Assembly (NCBI GenBank): GCA_035510155.1
Contig: DATKHR010000111.1
Coordinates: 3-64,002 of the forward strand
Direction: 5' to 3'
From: Vicinamibacterales bacterium
GTDB lineage: Bacteria > Acidobacteriota > Vicinamibacteria > Vicinamibacterales > CAVVIG01
Length of the DNA stretch: 64,000 nucleotides
The position numbers and the translations under genes are program-made. Positions 44,682 through 52,969 of the stretch are shown in pieces; positions within the stretch are counted from its first letter, which is position 1; each line of letters opens with the position of its first letter. The notes below the pieces were generated by a model. That model was not told the DNA's origin. It searched no databases and saw only the letters and a list, made by a program, of their open reading frames with translations.

Positions 44682-45614
44682 ATGGCTGGAGTGTGCCGGA
44701 ACTCGATCGCGCGGACTGTTCTCTTCATCGCCTTCACGGGGGCCGCGGCGCTTGCCGCGTCTTCCTGTGGACGTGCGAAGCGATCCGGCCATTCGCTTGT
44801 CCCCTCGTCGGCGACGATGGTGGCCGCGTGGCGGGTGCCTCGGAACCCGCTCGACGACCCCACGCTCGACACCTCGCCGCTGGCGAAGCAGATTCGGTGG
44901 GGCTTTCAGATTTTCACCGATACCCCAGGCAAGGCGCCGGCGTTCACAGGGGGCACGATCTCGTGCGCGAACTGTCATTTGAACGCCGGCCAGCGCGAGC
45001 GCGCGTTGCCGATAGTCGGCGTGGCAGCGGTCTTTCCCGAGTACAACGCGCGCGCATCGCGACTGATCTCGCTCGCCGACCGAGTTGTCGATTGCTTTCT
45101 CAGAAGCGAGAACGCGACCGGCAGCAAATCCGGCCATTTGCCGACGACGACCTCCGCGGAAGTGTTGGCGTTGAGCGCGTATGTCACGTGGCTCTCGTCA
45201 GGTCAGCCGGTCGGCGCCAGCCCGCCCTGGCGTGGACAGAATGCCATCGCGCCGCCCCACCTCATCGCCGTCAACAAGCTGGACCGAGAACGCGGGCGCT
45301 CGATCTACACCGAGCGGTGCACGTCCTGCCATGGCGAGGATGGACAGGGCGTGCAGATCGGCGACAAGAAGGCAGCGCCTCTGTGGGGGCCGGCGTCGTG
45401 GAACGACGGTGCAGGCGCGTCGCGCGTCTACACCCTGGCCGGTATCATCCGGTACAGCATGCCGTATCTCGACCCGGGCAGCCTGAGCGATGAGGACGCG
45501 CAGCACGTCGCGGCATTCATCACCTCCCAGCCGAGGCCGGTCTACCCTCACAAAGATCTCGACTACGCCACCGCGACGGTTCCACGCGACGCTGTCTACT
45601 ACGCCAAGCGCTGA
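44682..45614 (+). CDS. Dihaem c-type cytochrome, TsdA (thiosulfate dehydrogenase)-like
   Basis: 310 aa with a lipoprotein-type signal. Two CxxCH motifs (CANCH, CTSCH). Intervening ...LADRVVDCFLRSENA... and PLWGPASWNDGAG blocks resemble the TsdA family as I recall it. Confidence 0.6.
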   Translation: MAGVCRNSIARTVLFIAFTGAAALAASSCGRAKRSGHSLVPSSATMVAAWRVPRNPLDDPTLDTSPLAKQIRWGFQIFTDTPGKAPAFTGGTISCANCHLNAGQRERALPIVGVAAVFPEYNARASRLISLADRVVDCFLRSENATGSKSGHLPTTTSAEVLALSAYVTWLSSGQPVGASPPWRGQNAIAPPHLIAVNKLDRERGRSIYTERCTSCHGEDGQGVQIGDKKAAPLWGPASWNDGAGASRVYTLAGIIRYSMPYLDPGSLSDEDAQHVAAFITSQPRPVYPHKDLDYATATVPRDAVYYAKR

Positions 45615-45627
45615 ACGCGAGGATCTC

Positions 45628-46437
45628 TTGCGAGCTGCCGCTGCGCTCCTGGTTGCCGTGATGCTCGCCGTGGGCGCCACTTCCGCGCAACGCCGTGGCG
45701 AGCGTTACGCCACGGGCCGCGTGCCTGAAAACCCGAAGTACGACGGAGCGTTTCAATTCTGTCGAATAGCGTTCCGCAACGCCTCAAACGGCGACGGCTA
45801 CGGCTGGTATGTGGACTGGCCCCGTGCGGATGAAAACCTGACGTTTCGCCTCTCCGAGCTGACGACGACGATCGTCAGCGACAAGGGACCGCGAAATTAC
45901 AATCACTCGGTGATGAATCTCACCGATGCGATGACGCTGTCACGCTGTCCGTTCACCATGCTGACGGAGCCGGGCGGGGCGTTCTTCGACGAAGCAGAAG
46001 CGCGAGGGCTGCGCGAGTACCTCGAACGTGGCGGATTCCTGTGGGCCGATGACTTCTGGGGCGAGTACGCCTGGGAACATTGGCTGGGCGAGCTGCGGAA
46101 GGCGCTGCCCTCCGGCGAGTTCACCGTCAGCGACGTTCCCATGGATCACCCTATCTTTCATGTGCTGTACGACGTGCGCGAGTTCCCGCAGATTCCGGGC
46201 ATCGGCTTCTGGGTCCGTTCCGGCGGCCGAACGTCCGAGCGCGGGCAGGACAGCGCCGTGCCGCACGCGCGCGCGGCGTTCGACTCCAGCGGGCACATGC
46301 TGGTCTTCATGACGCACAACACCGACATCGGCGACGCGTTCGAGCGCGAAGGCGACAGTCGCGAGTACTTCGAGGCGTTCGCGGGCAAGGGCTACGCGGT
46401 CGGCGTGAACGTCATCCTGTACGCCATGACGCATTAG
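45628..46437 (+). CDS. DUF4159 domain-containing protein
   Basis: Real coding part of ORF 45490..46437. Tentative TTG start at 45628 (signal LLVAVMLAVGATSAQ). FQFCRIAF...WYVDWPRADENL...GGFLWADDFWG...DHPIFH matches the DUF4159 pattern. Confidence 0.6.
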   Translation: MRAAAALLVAVMLAVGATSAQRRGERYATGRVPENPKYDGAFQFCRIAFRNASNGDGYGWYVDWPRADENLTFRLSELTTTIVSDKGPRNYNHSVMNLTDAMTLSRCPFTMLTEPGGAFFDEAEARGLREYLERGGFLWADDFWGEYAWEHWLGELRKALPSGEFTVSDVPMDHPIFHVLYDVREFPQIPGIGFWVRSGGRTSERGQDSAVPHARAAFDSSGHMLVFMTHNTDIGDAFEREGDSREYFEAFAGKGYAVGVNVILYAMTH

Positions 46438-46449
46438 CCAGGACGTTGG

Positions 46450-47496
46450 TCACGGACGCGCAGCCCCGTACCTCTTGACCTCACCCGTGCGCCCATTCGT
46501 CACGGCGAACGATCCATCCTCGAACGCGCTCACCTTGATCCAGTGCGCGGTGGTTTCGTCCAGGTTAGCGACGCGGGCGTCGGCGAAGTTCTGAGCGCCG
46601 CTCGCGCGCGATTCGTGGAGCTGCCACACGTCCTCGATGCCGCGCGCCTGGCGAAGCGCCGTGAACGCCTCGGGCGCCCCACCCTTGTTCTCCCCGTTAT
46701 TCAGGATGGCGACACGCGGTTGCAGCGCAAAGGTCCACGGGGCGACGGCATCGGCGCCGCCGTGGTGCGGCACGAGATAGACGTCGGCATGTCCAAGCAG
46801 ATTGTCGGGGCAGAACACGGCGAACAACGGCTTGCCGGTCAAATCGCCGAGGTCGACGAAGCGAAACTTGCCGTAGCGGAGGATCACCCCCGTCGATCGC
46901 GGATTCTCGAGCGGCTCACCCGGCTCTCGCGCCGATGCTTCGCACGCGCGATTGGGCTCGCCGTCGCCAGAAACCGCCGTCCGGATCGTGTCGCCGCCGC
47001 TGCTGACGACGCGCACTTCGACGCCGGTGAGCGGCAGTCGGTCGCCCGGTTTGGGGACGATATGCCGGCCGAACGCTCGGATTGGTGCGTACGCATCGAC
47101 GACCGGCGCCGCGTTCCGGTCGCCCGGAACCGTCGAGTCGTGATCGACGAACACACGGATGGGCAGCCGCTTCGCCAGCTCGGGAACACCGCCGGCGTGG
47201 TCGCCGTGAAAATGGGTGACAAGCAGATAATCGATGCGCGTGATGCCCGCCGCCCGGGCGGCTGCGACGATGCGTTCGGGATCGCGGCGGTTGAAGCCGG
47301 CGTACCCGGCGTCGATTAGGAACGACTCGCCTGCCGGCGTGGCAACGAGCGTCGACTGACCGCCTTCGACGTCGATGAAATAGATATCGAGTTCGTTGGC
47401 GGCGGGCGCGGTCGAGCCTGGCGCCGCGCCAACTGCCGCGGCGACGACCGGCGCGGCCGCCAGCAAAGCGCCTGCTGCCCGCGTCAGGCGCGTCAC
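46450..47496 (-). CDS. Secreted MBL-fold metallo-hydrolase (ComEC-type beta-lactamase domain)
   Basis: ORF trimmed to GTG 47496 (GTGA overlap with the upstream stop). Signal peptide AAGALLAAAPVVAAAVGA. VTHFHGDHAGG (H-x-H-x-D-H). Confidence 0.75.
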   Translation of the reverse strand: MTRLTRAAGALLAAAPVVAAAVGAAPGSTAPAANELDIYFIDVEGGQSTLVATPAGESFLIDAGYAGFNRRDPERIVAAARAAGITRIDYLLVTHFHGDHAGGVPELAKRLPIRVFVDHDSTVPGDRNAAPVVDAYAPIRAFGRHIVPKPGDRLPLTGVEVRVVSSGGDTIRTAVSGDGEPNRACEASAREPGEPLENPRSTGVILRYGKFRFVDLGDLTGKPLFAVFCPDNLLGHADVYLVPHHGGADAVAPWTFALQPRVAILNNGENKGGAPEAFTALRQARGIEDVWQLHESRASGAQNFADARVANLDETTAHWIKVSAFEDGSFAVTNGRTGEVKRYGAARP

Positions 47497-48536
47497 AGCG
47501 CGGCCACGCGGACAATCAGCTTGCCGAAATTGCGCCCCTGGAGCAGGCCGATGAACGCGGCCGGGGCGGCATCGAGCCCCTCGACGATATCTTCCCGATA
47601 TTTGATACGGCCGTCGCGCACGAGCGGCGTCATCTCCTGCGCGAATGCGGGCGCGCGATCGCTGTGGTCGCTCACGATGAACCCCTTGATCATGGCCCGA
47701 TTGACGAGCAACGGCCGAAGATTCGGACCACCGACGTGCTCCGTCGCATTGTACTCGGCGATGAGACCGCACAGCGGAATACGGGCGCCGCGATTGAGCA
47801 GCCTGAGAACAGATGCCAACACGGCGCCCCCGACGTTCTCGAAATAGATGTCGACGCCGCCCGGGCACGCCGCACTTAGCGCCTGCTTGAAGTCATCTCT
47901 CTTGTAGTTGACGCATGCGTCGAACCCGAGCTCGGCGATCACGTACTGGCACTTTTCCGCGGAGCCGGCGATCCCCACCGCACGACACCCTCTGATCTTG
48001 GCCAACTGCCCGACAACCGACCCGACCGCACCTGATGCGGCCGATACGACGACGGTCTCACCCGCCTTGGGCTGCCCGATGTCGAGCAGACCGACGTAAG
48101 CGGTAAGCCCAGGCATGCCGAGAACGCTGAGGGCTGTGGACACCGGCAGCGTGCGGTCGAGCGTGCGGAGGTCCGCTCCGTTCGAGACGGCGAACTCCTG
48201 CCACCCGTCGTAGCCGGCCACGATGTCCCCCGGTCGAAACGCCGGGTTTTGCGACTCGACGACCTCGCTCACGGTGTGCCCGCACATCGGGTCCCCCACG
48301 GCCACCGGCGCGGCATACGACGGCCCGTCGCTCATGCGGCCACGCATATAAGGATCGAGTGACAGCCACAGCGTGCGGCGCAACACGGGGCTCCAAGCGG
48401 GCCCCGCTGCCCCGCCGGTGCGGGCAGCGGCCGCGGGCGGATCGCCGAGCGAGGGCATCGGCGCGTCGACGGCCTCGAAATTGTCGGCGGTGGGCGCGCC
48501 AATCGGACGGCTCTTTAAGCGAATCTGGCGATTCAT
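47493..48536 (-). CDS. NADP-dependent oxidoreductase, MDR superfamily (YncB/alkenal-reductase type)
   Basis: 347 aa. MNRQIRLKSRPIGAPTADNF... N-terminus. Nucleotide-binding VVSAASGAVGSVVGQLAK. Confidence 0.8.
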   Translation of the reverse strand: MNRQIRLKSRPIGAPTADNFEAVDAPMPSLGDPPAAAARTGGAAGPAWSPVLRRTLWLSLDPYMRGRMSDGPSYAAPVAVGDPMCGHTVSEVVESQNPAFRPGDIVAGYDGWQEFAVSNGADLRTLDRTLPVSTALSVLGMPGLTAYVGLLDIGQPKAGETVVVSAASGAVGSVVGQLAKIRGCRAVGIAGSAEKCQYVIAELGFDACVNYKRDDFKQALSAACPGGVDIYFENVGGAVLASVLRLLNRGARIPLCGLIAEYNATEHVGGPNLRPLLVNRAMIKGFIVSDHSDRAPAFAQEMTPLVRDGRIKYREDIVEGLDAAPAAFIGLLQGRNFGKLIVRVAAL

Positions 48537-48747
48537 GGCGCGATCCTACCAAGGCTCGCGCATGGGAGGCCGCAGGCAGGGGCGTGGGCGATTCTTTGAG
48601 CAAAAAGCGAAACGGCGGAGAGCCACGTGGCGATGTCAGGTCCGCCACGCGCGCGCGGCCCGCGCGCTGGCGACCCGGCGCGACACCGCACACTCTCCGC
48701 CGCTTCCTGGGCTAACTCTTGGGCCTTGGTCCCTGGTCCACCCGATC

Positions 48748-49425
48748 TCAGTGAACCGACGCCGAGACCGGCCGCCCAACGGTGCGGCACCAATCATCCT
48801 CGAGAATTGACCAGAGCACCTGGTCGTGGTACTCGCCGTTTCTGAGGAACGAGCGGCGCAACATACCCTCCTGCACGGCGCCGATCTTCCGGAGCGCGCC
48901 GTTGCCGCGCCCGTTTCTCACCGACGCTCGCGCCTCGAGCCGATGGACGCCCAGTGTCTCGAAGGCGAACCGCAGCACCAGCCCGGCGCCCTCCGTGAAG
49001 GCGCCCGAGCCCCAATACTCAGACCCAATCGCGAATCCCCACTCCGCCGTCTGGAACCCGGTCTCGAGCTCGCGCAGTTGGAAGATGCCGATTGCGACGT
49101 CGCTCGGGTTCAGCGTGACCGCGTAGCAGACGTACGTCCCGAGATCGCGCATCCGGTGCGTCCAGGCGATGAACCGCTCGAACCCTTGGATCGTGGCGGG
49201 AGGCGGAGAAATGAACCGCGACACCTCCTCGGTTGTCAGCATGGAGAACAACGATGTCGCGTCCGACGGGCGCAGCTCGCGCAAGCTCACGCGCTTGCCG
49301 GTCAGCAGCGGCAGGGCCTTGCGCCAGTCGCTACTGACGAGCACTCCAGGCTCGGCAACCATGCTATGAGTCGCGCGAGTCCGGACCGAAGGCTCCAGTT
49401 TGGATCGGTAAGGCATCTTTTCCAT
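48748..49425 (-). CDS. GNAT-family N-acetyltransferase (RimJ/RimL-like)
   Basis: 225 aa. LRELRPSDA..., FETLGVHRLEARASVRNGRGNGALRKIGAVQEG. The start could lie further downstream. Confidence 0.75.
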   Translation of the reverse strand: MEKMPYRSKLEPSVRTRATHSMVAEPGVLVSSDWRKALPLLTGKRVSLRELRPSDATSLFSMLTTEEVSRFISPPPATIQGFERFIAWTHRMRDLGTYVCYAVTLNPSDVAIGIFQLRELETGFQTAEWGFAIGSEYWGSGAFTEGAGLVLRFAFETLGVHRLEARASVRNGRGNGALRKIGAVQEGMLRRSFLRNGEYHDQVLWSILEDDWCRTVGRPVSASVH

Positions 49426-49427
49426 GG

Positions 49428-51506
49428 CTAGAGACCTCCGCCCGGCAGAGGTGCCGACGATGGCGTCGCGACGGTCGAGCTGGGGAGCGTGACAAGCCCC
49501 CCAAGGTCGGGATCGCCGAATTCTGTCCCAACGCTTGATGGCGCCCCATCGGCGGCATCAGGGAATATCAGGTCGCTGGCGGGATCGCCGGACATGCCCC
49601 ACACGATGTTGTCTTCGGCCGACATCCCCCAGACGATGTTCCCCGCTGCCGACATGCCCCAGACGATGTTGTCGCCTGCGGCCGCCGTGCCCCAGACGAT
49701 GTTGCTGACCGGGTCGGTCATGCCCCAGACAACGTTGTCGCAATCCGCACCGCCGCAATCCATGCCCCAGACAATGTTGTCGCTCTGGGACATGCCCCAC
49801 ACGATGTTGTCGCCGTCGCCCGCCGTGCCCCAGACGATGTTGTCGACGCTCATACCCCACACGATGTTGTCGCAGGGAGAGCAGTCGGTGCCCCACACGA
49901 TGTTGTCGCCTGTGGCGCCGAGCGTCTTCGCGCTGCCCCAGACAATGTTGGTGGCCCAGGCATTCGACGCCGGGTTGATGTAGCCGCCCGTGATCAGATG
50001 GTTGCCCCAGATGATCTGGCGGCTCCAGATGGCCTGCGCCGGCATGCGATCGCCCGGCCTGGGATTGGCGTAGTACTTCGCCAGTCGCACGGCTCCCAGC
50101 GAATTAAGAAATCCCGCGCCCTCACGCAGAGCGCTATAACCAGGATACGACTGAGCGGTGTACTGGAGGATCGCTTTGATCAGGTTCGGCGTCAGCAGTG
50201 GGTTCGCCTGCAGCATCAGCGCGACAGTGCCGCTGACCACCGGGGCTGCCATGCTCGTGCCGCTCAGCGCGAGATACGGCTTGAACCCGAGTGCGGGCTG
50301 TCCATCGACGAGAAATGCCGCATCGATTGAATAGAGCGTGCTGCCGGGAACGGCGAGTGAGACCGTTCCTGTGCCTGGAGCGACCAGATCCGGCTTCGCC
50401 GCGAAATCAACGGCGGTCGGACCCGACGAGCTGTAGCTTGCCATGGCATCGTCCCATCGCGTGACGGTGCCGTTGGTGGTCGAGGCGCCGACGGTCAGGA
50501 CCCATGGGGCGTTGCCGGGCGCCGTGATGCCGCCCCACTGCAGTTGGCCTTGGGCGTTCTTGCCGAAATTGCCGGCAGCGGCGACGACCGTAATGCCCTG
50601 GTCGGTGAGCGCTTTCGCGGCGAGCGTCAACGGATCGGTCCAGTACGATTCGTCCACGCCCGCGCCGACCGACAGGTTGACGACTCTGATGTTGTAAGTC
50701 GCGGAGTTGGCGGCGACCCAACTCATGGCGGCGATGATGTTGCTGATCGTCCCCAGTCCGTTCTGATCGAGCACCTTCAACGAGACGAGCGACGCGCCGG
50801 GCGCAACACCTGCCAGTTGTCCGTTCGAGTCGTAGCCATTGCCGGCGAGCGTGCCCGCGACGTGCGAGCCGTGGCCGTTGTCGTCATACGGCGCTGTCTG
50901 CCCGTTCACGAAGTCCACGAACATCGACACACGCTGGTTGCCGTACGGATAGAGGACCGAGCTGTTGTTCGTGAGGTCGTCGTGCCACGAGGTCACGCCG
51001 GAGTCGATGATGGCGACGCCAATCCCTGCGCCCGTATAACCGAGGTAGTTCTGAACGACCCGCGCCCCGACCGTGACCGACGTCCGATAGTTGTGCATTG
51101 CGGCCGGCCGGTCGTAATTGATGCGAAAGACTGATGGATGCGCGGCGAGCTGGCGGATAACGGAATTAGGGAGCTCGAGAGCGACCCCGTGAATGATGTC
51201 AAGTCCCTTGCGTGCGAAGCGCTGGAACTGAGGAGGCAGTTGCGCGCCAGGCACCAGCGAGACAATGACCTTCGTCAACGCGAAGGGATTGCCGTCGCGT
51301 GAACGACGAGCGACTTCGTCGTCCATGCGGTAGTCATGCACGAACGAGTTGGGCCCGCTCTTGGCGTTCCTGCCTGGACCGTTGGGCTGGCCTTGTGCCG
51401 ACGCGATCGGCCCGGCAGCCAGAAGAACGAGCAGGCTTCCCAGGAGCGTGCGCTTGGGTCCCCAGACCGCTTTGTGTCTGGTTGAATTGCCGGACGCACG
51501 GATCAT
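49428..51506 (-). CDS. S8-family (subtilisin-like) serine peptidase with C-terminal NIVWG-repeat domain
   Basis: 692 aa with a signal peptide. Catalytic triad blocks AIIDSGV (Asp), HGSHVAGT (His) and SGTSMAAPVVSG (Ser). C-terminal 142 aa contain 12 copies of (Q/N)(I/V)(I/V)WG. Confidence 0.85.
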   Translation of the reverse strand: MIRASGNSTRHKAVWGPKRTLLGSLLVLLAAGPIASAQGQPNGPGRNAKSGPNSFVHDYRMDDEVARRSRDGNPFALTKVIVSLVPGAQLPPQFQRFARKGLDIIHGVALELPNSVIRQLAAHPSVFRINYDRPAAMHNYRTSVTVGARVVQNYLGYTGAGIGVAIIDSGVTSWHDDLTNNSSVLYPYGNQRVSMFVDFVNGQTAPYDDNGHGSHVAGTLAGNGYDSNGQLAGVAPGASLVSLKVLDQNGLGTISNIIAAMSWVAANSATYNIRVVNLSVGAGVDESYWTDPLTLAAKALTDQGITVVAAAGNFGKNAQGQLQWGGITAPGNAPWVLTVGASTTNGTVTRWDDAMASYSSSGPTAVDFAAKPDLVAPGTGTVSLAVPGSTLYSIDAAFLVDGQPALGFKPYLALSGTSMAAPVVSGTVALMLQANPLLTPNLIKAILQYTAQSYPGYSALREGAGFLNSLGAVRLAKYYANPRPGDRMPAQAIWSRQIIWGNHLITGGYINPASNAWATNIVWGSAKTLGATGDNIVWGTDCSPCDNIVWGMSVDNIVWGTAGDGDNIVWGMSQSDNIVWGMDCGGADCDNVVWGMTDPVSNIVWGTAAAGDNIVWGMSAAGNIVWGMSAEDNIVWGMSGDPASDLIFPDAADGAPSSVGTEFGDPDLGGLVTLPSSTVATPSSAPLPGGGL
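49593..50018 (-). repeat. Twelve short degenerate coding repeats (D-N-I-V-W-G-M/T, spacing 8-14 aa)
   Basis: Protein: QIIWGN...NIVWGS...DNIVWGT..DNIVWGM..DNIVWGT...DNIVWGM and so on. DNA: ccccagacgatgtt / ccccacacgatgtt recurs on the + strand. Confidence 0.85.
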
Positions 51507-51793
51507 GATTTGGCAGGGGGAGCAAACCCATGGCCAAGCTTAGCTGCTGCGAGATATCTTCAATAAAATCAAGAGCTTAGTGGTGGGCTCGGCGACCAGT
51601 TCGATCAGGCGGCATGTGAAGATCTGGGACAAGCGTTCCCAATGAAATGGCTGATGTACGACTATAAGTCATTATAGAAGTGACACTTACGCCATCATGT
51701 TCCATTTCTGACCACGACGGACGCAATTGGAACACTCTGTCATATCGAGTCCTACTGAAGAGCTGTGTTGTGTGATGCGATAATGCGCAACCA

Positions 51794-52969
51794 ATGACGT
51801 TCACTCGCTCCACGGCACCTTGGGTTGCCATCGCCTTGGGCGTCGTTTTCTCAGAAGCCTCCGCACGTAGAGTTGATGTTGGGGGCTCTTGCGGGAACCA
51901 ACAGGAGACACCCACATATCAGGAACGCGACTTCCTCACGCGTGTGCGCCGGCTGACGGTCGAGGGGCGCCGCGCCGGCGAAGGATACTGGTCGCCGGAC
52001 GGCAAACGTCTCGTGTTTCAGAGCGAACGGGAGCCGGGCAACCCGTTCTATCAGATCTACGTGCTCGATCTCGCCACCGGGGAGACCAAGCGCATCTCAC
52101 CGGGCACGGGCAAGACGACCTGCGCGTTCTTCCGGCCTGGCACCGACGAAATCGAGTTCGCCTCGACGCACGCCGACCCGAAATCACGGCAGCTGCAAGA
52201 GGAGGAGCTCACGTTCCGCGCGTCCGGCAAGGAGCGGCGTTACGCGTGGGACTACGACCCGTCCATGGACATCTACGCGTTCAATGAAAGCACAGGGGCG
52301 CTGCGACAGCTGACCACTGCGCGCGGCTATGACGCCGAAGGCAGCTACTCGCCCGATGGCCAGTGGATCGTGTTTTCCTCGATGCGCGACGCCTACAACC
52401 GTGCTCTGAGCGACGTGGAGAAAAAACAGCTCGAGGCCGACCCGAGCTACTTCGGCGAGATCTATATCATGCGCGCCGACGGCAGCGGGCAGAAACGGCT
52501 GACGAACGCCCCCGGATACGACGGCGGGCCGTTTTTCACACCCGATGGACGGAAAATCATCTGGCGCCGGTTCGATGAGAAGGGGCTCATCGCCGACGTG
52601 TGGACGATGAACATCGATGGAACCGACCAGAAACAGATCACCGACTTCGGATCGATGAGCTGGGCGCCTTACATGCACCCTTCCGGGGCTTATTTCTTTT
52701 TCTCGTCCAACAAGCTCGGCTTCGAGAATTTCGAGATCTTCATCGCCGACGCTGCGGGCGAGAAGGAGCCGGTGCGCGTGACGTACTCGGATGGCTTCGA
52801 CGGTCTGCCGGTACCGTCGCCCGACGGCCGGCAGCTCGCGTGGACAACGACGCGATCGGGCGGAGGCGGCGGGCAGCTGTTTCTGGCCGAATGGAATCAC
52901 CAGAAAGCGCTCGAAGCGCTGAAAAACTCCCCTCCGAAGAAGGCCCGCCGGGCATCGAGCGAAAAATGA
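51794..52969 (+). CDS. TolB-like WD40/PD40 beta-propeller protein (periplasmic)
   Basis: 391 aa. Repeated PD40 units (WSPDGKRLVF, YSPDGQWIVFSS, FTPDGRKIIW, PSPDGRQLAW). Confidence 0.75.
   Translation: MTFTRSTAPWVAIALGVVFSEASARRVDVGGSCGNQQETPTYQERDFLTRVRRLTVEGRRAGEGYWSPDGKRLVFQSEREPGNPFYQIYVLDLATGETKRISPGTGKTTCAFFRPGTDEIEFASTHADPKSRQLQEEELTFRASGKERRYAWDYDPSMDIYAFNESTGALRQLTTARGYDAEGSYSPDGQWIVFSSMRDAYNRALSDVEKKQLEADPSYFGEIYIMRADGSGQKRLTNAPGYDGGPFFTPDGRKIIWRRFDEKGLIADVWTMNIDGTDQKQITDFGSMSWAPYMHPSGAYFFFSSNKLGFENFEIFIADAAGEKEPVRVTYSDGFDGLPVPSPDGRQLAWTTTRSGGGGGQLFLAEWNHQKALEALKNSPPKKARRASSEK

Noticed and set aside
51577-51915. 112-aa minus-strand ORF covering the AT-rich spacer and the start of the TolB-like gene
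   Set aside because: It overlaps the 5' end of a well-supported gene. It has no signal or motif, and its composition is atypical for this genome's coding regions.
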